Assembly (NCBI GenBank): GCA_002189035.1 | Contig: NEEC01000002.1 | Span: forward strand, 5,332,001-5,396,000 | Reading direction: 5' to 3' | Length of the DNA stretch: 64,000 nt | Source: Utricularia gibba | Lineage: Eukaryota > Plantae > Magnoliophyta | Part shown: piece by piece, positions 1 through 11,362 of the stretch | How the letters are laid out: every line of letters begins with the position of its first letter | How positions within the stretch are numbered: position 1 is the stretch's first letter | Notes under the pieces: model-generated | Databases searched by the model: none | The model's input: the letters and a program-made list of their open reading frames with translations, nothing else | What the model was told of the DNA's origin: nothing | Position numbers and translations under genes: made by a program

Positions 1-985
1 AATGACGTGTCATTTCATCAAATTTCTCCTTTCTTATTAGTATTGATGACCAATATGCTACACCTTCATAGATTTTTTCTATTTCTCTCCCAATAGTAGT
101 CATGTAATCTTGAACAATGAGATTTAAAATATAAGATACACATCACATATGGACATAATCACCATCTAACAACAATATACCACTACTAAATCGATTCACT
201 ACTAATTCAATCATCCCAGTGTTCACTGAACAATTATCTAAAGTAATAACGCAAATATTTCTATCAACATTGCAATCTATCAGAGATTGAAATAAATATT
301 ATTATTTAACTTCTTTAGCATGAGGGTCAGCACACAACAAAATCTATAACATGAAAAGATGAAATATAATGACAATATGTTAATAAAAATTAGAATATAA
401 TAAAGTAGTGTACCTTAAAACTTTATTTTGTAGTATCGAATTATCATCAATGTAGTGTACTATTATTGTCATATATTTTTTGGCTTGATGATTTACTGTT
501 CACATATCCATAATAATGGAAATTTTACCTTCACATGCTTCTAAAATATTCATAATATCAACTCTTGTCCTCTTGTACATGTTCTGAATATCTTTACAAG
601 GTGTTCTCCTACTTGGCATTTTAAATAAAGACCGTAAACTTGCTACAAAATTTCTGAACCTTTTATAGTCAACCATAAAAAATTGAATACTCATGTAAGA
701 TAATCGTCTTAACTAACTCTTTTTTAGAAATTTACTGATCAAACATAGAAGAAGTCACCCTTGTTTTATCATCTGTTTTTCTTTGTTTTACCCTAAGCTT
801 GACGAATATCTGATTGATTCCCAAGCTTTTTACACTTTTGAGAATGTTGCCTCAAGTGTAAAATTCCACTCTTTGGTTCTGAAGTAGGTGATGATAAGCA
901 ATAATTGCAAATTGTCTTCCACTTTTCATCAATTTGTATCTTTTTGAAATGCTGTCAAACCTAACGTGTCAATTTAGAATGATCA
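1..985 (-). pseudogene. hAT (Ac/RICESLEEPER-like) transposase pseudogene with BED zinc finger
   Basis: Manual minus-strand translation gives SKLTR*V*QHFKKIQIDEKWKTICNYC...SGILHLRQHSQKC (BED finger, ~845-985) and FRNFVASLRSLFKMPSR...GKISIIMDM (ORF 500-694). It continues KKYMTIIVHYIDD...LQNKVLRY and ITLDNCSVNTGMI...LLLDGDYVHM*CVSYILNLIVQD (~100-300). Several stops fall at expected Trp codons. Confidence 0.9.
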
Positions 986-1816
986 TACTCATCATTCTGC
1001 TCTATCTCTTGATTTTTTGTTAAATGAGTACCAAATTTTGCTATATTTTTAGAGTATTGAATATCCGGTCAAATTATAGAATTTTCTTCATTTAAAGCGA
1101 TACCATTGAAATTGAAAGTAGAAACAACAAAGTGAGCACGAGAAGATATTGAGAAAAGAAATCTCACTTTCTTTGATTTGAAAAATAAATTATTAAATTA
1201 ATACAAAAATATAAAGAACTGTAAAGCTAAAAAAAGAAACTCATTCCATATTCCAATGATTATAAATTTGGGTCTTTTAATGGATGAATTTAATGATCTA
1301 ACCCACTAAAGAGCAAAAAAGAATAATTATTATCGTTGCCTTTGAAACCTTATTCACAAGCAAGAAGAGGTGGGAAATTAAAAAAGGAAGATATAAATAC
1401 AATGAAAATTGTTTGTGATAGCTTAGTTATCCAGTCTTTATAATTTTCAACCTACCAATTTGCATCACAACCTACCTCTAAGTTAGCTTCTATTGTAGAA
1501 CATTGTCCTCATTTTTAGAGAAAAGAAAATTGAAAACTAATATGGAAGGGAAATACGGTAATAGAAAAAATATGAATTTTTAATAGAGTTGCTCAAACCC
1601 TATGTCATGTACTTTTCAATCCACATAAAATTTATTACAATTATTTTTTTTTTTAAAAAAACATGTTTGTGAATTGGGCATGCAGGGCATCCCCACCCCA
1701 CACCAACATGGTTTAAGATTTTAAAATTCATATTTGCTCCTTATTCATGAAAAATCTGACCCTTACTGGTTGGGTGGGGGCAGGTATCCAAAGGTTGGAT
1801 TTTTTGCCCATTCCTA
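1..1816 (-). mobile_element. Ac-like hAT DNA transposon remnant (5' end at 1816, runs off the left window edge)
   Basis: Reverse complement at 1816 reads TAGGAATGGGCAAAA, resembling the Ac-type TIR (TAGGGATG...). GC-rich subterminal motifs lie at 1675-1800 and a decayed transposase follows on the same strand. The other end and TSD are not visible. Confidence 0.6.
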
Positions 1817-1980
1817 GCCAAAGAATTGATAATTTGTGTTGTGTTAACTAGTAATACAATTACAAACAAATCTGTATGGTGAATTTTCCAGCAAAAATAT
1901 TCTACAATGTATTTTCAAGGATGTGTTTGTCATAATTACATCTTCTCAAGGATATTTTTGACGTCTCCAAAGCCCAACGT

Positions 1981-2850
1981 GGGAGACCAGTTTCTAATTA
2001 TATTGAAGGTTATCCTTTCTCATACTTGAATTTACTCAAAGTTGCAAAGAGGTTGTTTCCTTCTTTTCACATCATCAACAAATCAAAGCTAAATTAGTTA
2101 AAGATCAAGTTTCTAGAAAGGTTTTGGGATTACTTCAAGCAACACCTACTCATTGGGAAAGCTTGAAAGCTTGCTTGATTAGCTTGTTGTAGAGTAAATC
2201 TATAATTCATAATATTGTTACTGAGAGGTTTTTAATCACAAACAACAATAGATTGAAATCTAATGTTCAAAGAATATATGAAATTGTTACAAACTTCTAT
2301 TTTGTATCTCACATTAAAAAGTCTATTGCAATCCTAAAACCAATTGACAAGGCCGTTGTCCACTTAGAAGTTGACTTTGTTTCAGTATGATAAATTTATT
2401 ATCTCCTCGTGTTTGATCTCAAGAAACAATATGAGTTCATGGAGTGTCTTGAGAATTTGGAAAAAGCGTATATGATTAAACTTATTCAAACTAAAATGAA
2501 TTTTCTTTATGGCAATGTGATAGGGATTGCTTATTTGCTCGACCTTCATTATTTAGGAGAGGCTTTATTAATGGAGTACACACATTTTATGATTAATGCT
2601 AGTCAAGACATAGATGCTAATTAAACAAGCCAAGATCATTTTTTCATATTGGTTGATTGAAGGAAAGCATTATCCCTTACTTTAAGAGATTGCATTGAAA
2701 GTCTTTGTAATGGTAACATCAAGTGCAGCTTCATAGAGAAATTTTTCTACTACTAGCTTTATCCATTCAAAGTTTCAAAGTTATTTAAGTGAACAAAGCG
2801 TCAAGAAGCTCATCTATGTTAAAATGAATGCACAACAATTTGGAAAAATG
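1981..2850 (+). pseudogene. hAT-superfamily transposase pseudogene (C-terminal half with hAT dimerisation domain), different clade from the Ac-like neighbour
   Basis: Translation: GYPFSY(fs)EFTQSCKEVVSFFSHHQQIKAKL...TPTHW...SIAILKPIDK...NFLYGNVIGIAYLLDLHYLGE...YWLIEGKHYPLL*EIALKVFVMVTSSAAS*RNFSTTSFIHSK...VKKLIYVKMN. The last block is a recognisable hAT dimerisation motif. Several stops and frameshifts. Confidence 0.8.
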
Positions 2851-3890
2851 ATTTCAAGTTCAAGTTTTTATCATGATTGTGCCTCAGGCTTTGAAGAAGA
2901 CAAAGATGATCTTGATTTGTGTGTATATGTTATGGAATACTAGTAAATGAGTTATTCTTTGCATTTTACCTTACCTTTATGATTTTTTAATACATTAATG
3001 TTATGAATAATAATATATGGTTGATTTAGATTTATTTAGTGGTTCACTTCTAGGATTCAACATTTTGTCTTTATAATTTAGGAATAGTATAATATTAGGT
3101 TTTCGGGATTTATGGTTAAGCTTTATGGTACAGTAATTTAGTATTTAGTGTTAATTTTTGGGGGTTTAAGATTTAAGTTTAGAGTTTAACATTTAGGGTG
3201 TATTTGGTTTATGAGATTATATGTGTTTAAAGTAACATTACAAATTATAAGATATTTAGTTGATATATTTAAATAAATCTAGGATTATATATATATTTTA
3301 ATCCCATGTGCATGGCTCTATTTAAAATTATACCTCTCTCTTACCTTATAAAACCATTTAATCTCATTTCTAATCTCAATAACTAAATATTACTTAAAAA
3401 ATTAATTCAAATATATCAATTTTATTTAAACCCAAAAAAGCTAAACCCATTTTATTACATTCCCATTAACCAAACATTAACTTAAGGGTTTAAGATTTCG
3501 TATTTAAGTTTTGTATTAGAAATTGGTAGTTTAGAAGTTAAGGTTTAGGCTATGGAATTTCAAATTTCGGATTTACGTTATAATTTAAAGTTTAGAGATC
3601 AAGCTTTTAGTATTTCTATTTTGTTATAAGTTATTTTAAAAATTAAATTTTAACATAGGGTATATTGTAAATGATAACTAAATATAATAATATATTACAA
3701 ACGGAATTTGAAAGTGGAGTATTTAATAAAAAAATAATATTCTACATTGGCGCCACCTGGCCGAATCATGTCTAGGGTCGCATTACCAAAATACATATTT
3801 AAAAAATATTTATTGGTAAAATATCTAATGTAATATAATATTTAGTAAAATACATGTATTCAATATGTGTCAGTGTTGCAGTGGAGTGAC

Positions 3891-4440
3891 GAGTCATTTT
3901 GAAAACTACCCTCTGTAAAAATACCTTTTTAGAAACTACCCATTGTGTGAACTGTGTGCATCTGAATTTAGAAAACTATCCATCTTACTGTTTATATGTA
4001 TATACATATTATAAATGTAATAATTTGTATTTTGTTAATATGCAATATCCATTTTCAATAAACGGAATCTACATACTTTTTATTATAATATTTACAGAAT
4101 TTTTTTTGTTTTATTAAACCTGTATCCATAATATCAAAATTATTAACTAAAAAATATTCATTATAAAAAAAAGAATTGGTTATTATTATATACAAATAAT
4201 GATATATTACTTATTTAAAATAGAAGTTTGAAAAACTTTTTATTAAATTTTTAAGAACAATCTAACTTTTTTTAAATAAAAATTTTAAAAATTTTTGAAA
4301 AAAAATTATTCTGGTTTTTCAAAATCATAAATCTCTATTCTTTCAAATCAATTCTAAAAATTTAAAAGAATTAATTCATTTTTCAAAAATTTTATTATTA
4401 AACATTTTATTATTAAAGTTTCCAAAATTCATATTTCTAG
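3891..4440 (+). repeat. MULE left terminal inverted repeat
   Basis: GAGTCATTTTGAAAACTACC...TCTGAATTTAGAAAA...AAATCATAAATCTCTATTC...TTTTTCAAAAATTTTATTATTAAAC matches the right TIR in inverted orientation. There is one insertion around 4125-4200. Confidence 0.88.
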
Positions 4441-5236
4441 ATTAAAAAAATATCTCCAATTAAACAAAAATGACCCCCCATCAAAAAAATGTTCTCCGTT
4501 ATAAGATACATGACAATTTAATCTCTATTATTAAGTAAACAAAAAGTTACCAAAATAAAACAAAAAAATTCGAGTAATTGGGTACTCACCGCAATCGAGT
4601 AATTGTGGTGACCTACCTATTTTTAAATATTACCTACCTATGTAAATAGTCAAATAAATCATTATAATTATTTGATTCTATGTATGATATTTTAGATTTA
4701 TTTTAAATATCATTAAATTTAAAACAAATACTTGAAAAAATATTTTTTAAATAGTGTAAATAAATTATTTAATACTTTAATTTATAAAAACTATAAGGCA
4801 CATTAATAAACTATAAAAAAATTAATTATAATTAATTTATTATTGAAATTTATTATTTAAATTTATGTGATTGAACCTTTTTATTGAAATAATGAATAGA
4901 TAATATATTTTATTAACTTGAATTTGATCGATAATTAATTAGAAAATAAATTTAGATGATCAAATTAACTATTGAAAAATTATGTGTATTTTACTTAAAT
5001 AGAAATAATATAATATCCAAAAGTATATAATTTATAAAATATTATGATTTTGATTTCATTTAATATCATAAATAAATTATGATCAAATAAATTAAAATGC
5101 TTTATGTTAATTACGATAGTATTATATTAACTTGGATTTTACTATATATAAATAACGTTGAATCCATTTAATTAATTAGATAAAAAGACACAAATTGAAA
5201 TAAGATACATTTAGTAGGGATAAATAGATATTTTCT

Positions 5237-8149
5237 TTACTTGAATGGACTACTAATTCGATCCCATGCTCTCCGTGCTATATTTTTTTTCTTTTTGCGA
5301 CCTTGGCTGGAAGTGGAAGGTATGTTTTCAAAGTCCAAATGAAGGCTGGATGGATGTTCTTGAACAGAGGCACGCGGCGGATGATGGAAATGATCATATA
5401 GTTCCTCTCTTGGAATGTCGACGGATGCTCTATGCATTCGTGGTGGCATAGATGAGGTTGATTCAAATTCTGTTGACATGGTATCCCTTGTAAACTTGTC
5501 TCATCCATGGTCCTCATCCACTGAACCTCTATGCATAGTTGGGGGTGATTCAGCATCAGGTTGATTAGTATATCTCGTTGATTTACCTCGAGTGCCGTGC
5601 CAATGACCCCTATCCATCGACATTTGAAATCGTTTACTACGATACCGGCCTTTACTAATAGCTCTCCGATGTGTTGGATCATGCTTCAGAGTGAATGGCC
5701 CCGGCGCCCAATGAATCTCAGCTCGAAGTGGACGAAATTGTAAGCGAAATGTAGTGATGAGTTGTTGAACCAAAAGCGATGGGTTAACACACATTATCGG
5801 GTCGACATTCAACAATTTACAAGCCTGCGCAACATAGAAATATATTTGTGAATGTTATGTATGATATTAATAGAGGGAGATATTTTCTTCGATAAATACC
5901 TGTTGAGCATGTGAGCATGGTACTCCGTAGTTTTGTCACTTCCCACAACTACAAGTGCCATTTTTCAACCGTACGATACACACATTGTCGTCCGTTGGGT
6001 TACTTTGATGCCTACGGGTTTGTACATGGACGATCATTTCTATGTGATCGTAAACCTCCACTCGCATATGTGGGATAGGCTTATCCCAGTGATCAAATAA
6101 TTTACGCGCTTGTTTGGCCAATGTTTCATTGTTTGATTGAGCTTTCATTGCTTCTTCCAGTCCTTCACAAATGTATTTTTTACATCTTGCAAAAGTGGCC
6201 TGCAAATTTGTAATCATATTAAGTTGATGCTTATAAAAAAATATAAATATAAATGATTGAGATGAAATACTTGCGCAAGTGCAGTAATAGGAAGATGCCG
6301 AGCTCAACGAAGTACTGTATTCATCCCCTCGACTTGATTGGTCGTCATGATGCCAAACCTTCAACATCCATCGAACGATATTGTCCATGTTTCGGGTTTC
6401 ATCTTGGACAAATATGCAAATGCACTTCTATTCTTCTCTTCAATTCTCTTCATATAAGCAGTGAATTTCTCTTTATATCCTGTCAAAGCCGCTTTAATAA
6501 ATAGACTTCTCAAATCTTCAGACTTATAATGATCAAAAAAATTAGAACGAAGGTGACGAAAACAATAACGGTGGCATCCACTCTATTCCTCCATGAAAGC
6601 AGGCACTTGTTTTGCAGCATTTTTTTGACTCATGCCTATCTGAAATAAGGCATGTGGGTTTATCAAGGGCGATGTGAGTTCCTACTTTATCCAAAAACCA
6701 TAACCAAGAATCATTGGTCTCTTCATCAACAACGGTAAAAACTAATGGAAGAAGCTTGCCACTAGGTGATAGAGTTACTGCGATTAGCAACTTGTGTCTA
6801 TAAGTGTTGTATAGATGAGTTGCATCAACTGATATAACCGGTCTTAAATGCTGGTATGCACAAATACATGGACCAAAAGACCAAAACACATAGTGCATAG
6901 TAACACCATCACCTTTGTATTTCCAATCAATCAGTGTTTCAGGATTTTGAATAGCCACCTCATTCAAAAAACTCGAAAGTTTTTGCAAAGATACCTCCCA
7001 AGTACCATAAATGAGTTCGAAAGCTTTATGTAGCCCATACCATGAACGATGATACGGGATTTTGTAACCAGTAGCAGTTTCAACAGCAGTAATTATTGTC
7101 ATCACCTTTGTAACTGTATCTGCTTCCACAAACGGTTTTGCTATCTTCGCAATGTATGTTGAATCCACATTTTTGTGTCAGAAAAAACCCACTCCGAGCC
7201 GTCTACACGTGTGAGGGTCAGTGTGCTTAGTAATTTTCCACTCTCTAATCCTTTTATGATAAGCAGCACGGATTCTCCATTTGCAGTTGGTTTCTTTGTG
7301 ATGTTTACATATCATAGCAAGCACCCCTGGTTCACTATCAACGATTGTGTACTCTTTTCCAATTTTTATTGAAAAGTCTTGGACTGCTCTACGAAAATCT
7401 TCTTTTGTAGAAAACCATTGCCCCTCCGAGAAAATATTAACATAGGCCGGTGAAAGTGGTTCATCTAAAGGGTCTCCCCCTTCTGCCAAAGCAGCCATTG
7501 GTACCCATTATGTATCCCCTAAATCTTCTTCTTGATCTTCATATTCTACCTCAAAATCTAAGTTTTCAGGATCTCCTTCAGGTGGAATATCTGCACCAGG
7601 AACTTCATAATCATTGTTGTAATTTATCATTGAATCACCATCAATATTTGGAGCTGTGCTCACTAGCCATTGGTACCCATTCTACATAATTGTCTTCATT
7701 CTCTTGTAAGAAATCATAGGAGTTGTGCTCACTAACCACCTCATTCAAATATGGTATTTGATAATAACCAAGCGGCTGAGATGAATGTTCTGAAATATAA
7801 ACTCCACTAGAGCTTGCACTGAATCGATGACTATCAAGTATGATAAATAAATCTACCGAAATAGTGGTATGACTAGGGTTGTGCAAAAAGAGTAAATCCA
7901 TTTGAGATGATAGTTGCATATAGCACATTTCGCTGCTTTCATAGTTGAATATTGTACTGAGAGCTGCATATTATATAGAGAGGTTGAAACTTGAATTACC
8001 TCATATAACTCACATTGTAGATCATCCAATGTAGCATCAATGTGAAATTGCATGATTCGTATTGGTGGTTTGTCATAAGAAATGTAACTTCCGTAGTTGA
8101 GTATATTGCCTCCAAAAAATACTCTATATGTAACAAACTCAGAAGCCAT
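5237..8149 (-). pseudogene. MuDRA-like MULE transposase pseudogene (MuDR, MULE DDE and SWIM domains)
   Basis: ORF fragments: FSEGQWFSTKEDFRRAVQDFSIK...CKWRIRA...HTC (MuDR, 7178-7498); YVFWSFGPC...RPVISVDATHL...DEETNDSWLWFL (MULE, 6542-7168); RFGIMTTNQVEGMN...LPITAL; VRLKNGTCSCGK (SWIM, ~5940). It is split over several frames by frameshifts and stops, with a probable intron at ~5826-5900. Confidence 0.92.
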
Positions 8150-9143
8150 GGCGTTGGAAAAGAAAAAGCTTGCAAATTTCTTTGCGGAGCAGAAGAACAG
8201 TGAATTGTAGACACACCCGTTGTGTCATGATTTCTTTAAGGATCCCCCGACAATATAATATGAATAAATTAACAAAATATTATATTAAGTCTTTAAATAT
8301 AGTGGATATAGGTGTACTCCACATTATGTCAATTATTCATTTGAGAAAATGACAAGTTTGTAATTTGGTAATGTAATTACAGTAAGTCTTATTATTTTAA
8401 TTAAATGTAATTCTGTGAAAAATTATACAATATGCAAAAGCTAAATTAAATATATACGATAATTGTAAACATAGTATATTGACGTCGCAATTATTAAAAA
8501 AAACTTTAAACCAACTGTTTTTTTGGATATCCGTAATATTTAGAAGAATACACTTCAATTTAAGTAATTGTTATTATATATTTAATAATATATAAAAAAT
8601 ACATTTGAATTGAATAATTTTTAACATAACAAAATATTAAATGAATTCTTTTAATGTGTGGAATACAACTGTACTCCATCTTGCGTTAATAATGCATCAT
8701 ACAAAACGACAAGATTGTGATTTGAGAATGGAATTACGGTGAGTCTTACTACATGAATAAAATGTAGTTATGTGAAAAAAATAATTACATGGTGCAAAAA
8801 CTAAATCAAAAGCATGCAATGATTGAAAACATGATAAATTATATTTAGGTAGTACTCATTAAGAAAAATTTTCAAAAATTTACATTTTTGAGGCTCTTTT
8901 TACATTTAATAACACATACTATAATATTTCATTTAGAAATTGATATGTTATTATCTTAGATTTGAATTGTAATGATTTATATTTTTTTGAAAACTAGTTT
9001 TTCCATGTTTTTAGATTGATTTTGAGTAAAATACTTATTATCTACACTTTTTATATATAAAATTTCATCATTTCATTGAATAATTACTAAATTAGGTTGA
9101 TCTGCATAGGGTTTTGGGGGTTTAGGGTTTTTTAGGGGTTCGT

Positions 9144-9175
9144 TAGTCACTGTAATTGCTTAATTACAGTGACTA
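9144..9175. promoter_or_regulatory. Spaced palindrome TAGTCACTGTAATT-gctt-AATTACAGTGACTA upstream of the MULE accessory gene
   Basis: Perfect 14-bp arms read directly. Related copies lie at 4586-4611 and 12636-12810. The regulatory role is inferred. Confidence 0.5.
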
Positions 9176-9432
9176 TACAATTTCCTCCGTTCCTGCCCAT
9201 AGAATTCCCACGTAGAAAATTTCACTGCAATTTCCTTCACTAATTTTTTTATTCTTTTTCAGATTTAGCATTCCAAGGCTCATGGGGAATCTAAATTTTC
9301 AGATTTGACTAACATGCACACCATTCCAACATTGACTTCACGAAATTCAATAAATTTTCAAAATCTTTACCTCTATATATGAGAGCATTACACTGACCTT
9401 TAGCTCATTTTGAGCATTCCTTTGTTTCACTT

Positions 9433-11362
9433 ATGGCCCCTAGAATGGATACTTCCCTCAAGCTCAAGGTGCGGTTTGGTGTTCCGTATGAATATCAAAT
9501 GTTCGACAAAATGGGCAATGAGAAGATTACCGATCCATTACTGGAACAGGTCGGTACTAATGGTATCGCTATTTCTACCGAACATTTTCGTTGCGGATTA
9601 TGCTTACCAATCTTGCCATTTATTTTATCAATGCTTCATTGTATTGATGTTCCCCTAGCCCAATTGACCCCAAAATCAATAGGGTATGTTTTAGCCTTCT
9701 TTGAAATTTGCAATGAACTAAATATACCTCTTTATCTTGGCATTTTTTTTGCTATTATCGTATGTGCTTATACCAAAAAAACCAATGGTTATACACTTCG
9801 AGGAAGACCTGGTATTAAGTTGATTAGGGGTTTACGGAGCGGATATGATGATTGGAGAACATCTTTCATATGGGTTGCACTACCATATAATCATCGATTA
9901 GATTTTCCACTAATGTTAATTGGCGGAGATGGCGTTGGTAAGCCAAAAGTTAACAATTTTCTATCAAAAATCTTTTAATTTTGTTATAAATGATTTTAGA
10001 ATTTAAATTTAGTTTGAATTTTTTTTATGAATTGTATGATAATTTATTATAAATTTTATTTTTTGTACCCTTCTTGTTTTGCTAGGTATTTTATGTTTTT
10101 TTAATTAATTTAAATTTTATTAAATTCTTTTTATTTATCATTTGTACTCATATTTATTTTATTCTATGTAGGTATTACTCTATTAGATGTAGAGCAAAAA
10201 AATCACTACTTGAATTTATTTGATGGCAAGACAGTTTCATTTCGAGACATTGAGCCTCGATTTCTAGAAGTTCCTGGAACAAAGAAATTTTTGTGTGATA
10301 CGGTGAGACGTAATTTGCTAAGGAATGATGATGATGTTGTTGAAGATGAAGAACCAGAGCTAAAAACCGTCAATTTACAACATGGAGAAACATCATCATT
10401 TCATGAATCAGTGGTACCAGTTGAAGTAATTTATAATGATCGCCCAATTGCAAGGAAATTGTTTATTGTCGACGTAAATGAGATCTTTTGTGACCTACTA
10501 TCATATAGAACTACTTCAAGAGATAGTCATGTTCGCATCCCGGACATGAAAATATATCATCAAGAAGGTAAAATTATTTATTATTTGATTTCATGGATAT
10601 TCAATTATTTTTTTATTACATTAGTTAACTTTGATTTTTTATTTTAAATTAGCTATCAAAATTAGTTCCCTTACATATTTTTTTGAATATGCAGTGTATT
10701 TGAGACCTTTTGCTAGAGAATTCATGTATTGGTGCCTTTAACACTTTGATGTTGCAATTTGTTCATCACGTGGAGGGTATTATATAATGTTTAGACTATC
10801 ATTATTTTAAAAACTAACACTATTTTTATTAATTATGTTTTCAGGGTTCAATTGTCAGGAATACTTCAATGGATTTTTGGATTTGGTAGACGAAGCCAGT
10901 GGATATTTCAGTGGGATGCATCTTATGTTACTCCAACCGACGTAAAGGTTATTGATAAGGCATTCAAGAAGGTGGTCTTAAAAGAGTTAGCAAAATTTGA
11001 TATGAATATAGTAGTGTTTACAATATTAATAACACATTATTGATAGATGATTCACCTTACAAGTGCATTAAAAATCCGGTAATATATCATTTTTTACATT
11101 TTAAATTTTACAATCTACCTTCTTTTATAACATTTTTGAGTTTAACTTATATTTACAGATGCATACTTGTATTCATCCGGAGTCGTACACTTATGACAAA
11201 CTTGAAGATAATGCACTTGGTGAAGGTGGTGAAATACGTAATTATCTTGAGGGGTTACAGTTGGCACAAGATGTTGAAAATTACTATCGTAGGCATTTTT
11301 TTGGACAAATGCTTATAGATCAGTGTCATCCTTTATTTCCATATTATCGTCAACTATTTTGA
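9433..11362 (+). pseudogene. Chimeric 5-exon gene inside the MULE: Transposase_28 (putative gypsy-type) domain fused to an FCP1/NIF HAD phosphatase-like domain
   Basis: Exons 9433-9937, 10172-10567, 10695-10776, 10845-11078 and 11159-11362, all GT-AG and in phase. Exon 1 has FRCGLCLPILPF...PLAQLTPKS...DDWRTSFIWV. Later exons have KLFIVDVNEIFCD, VYLRPFAREF...FDVAICSS, IFQWD...KKVVLKEL, NTLLIDDSPYKCIKNP and LGEGGEIRNYLEGL...FGQ. There is one in-frame TAA (10739-10741) and one -1 frameshift (~11000); about 473 aa if repaired. Confidence 0.8.
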
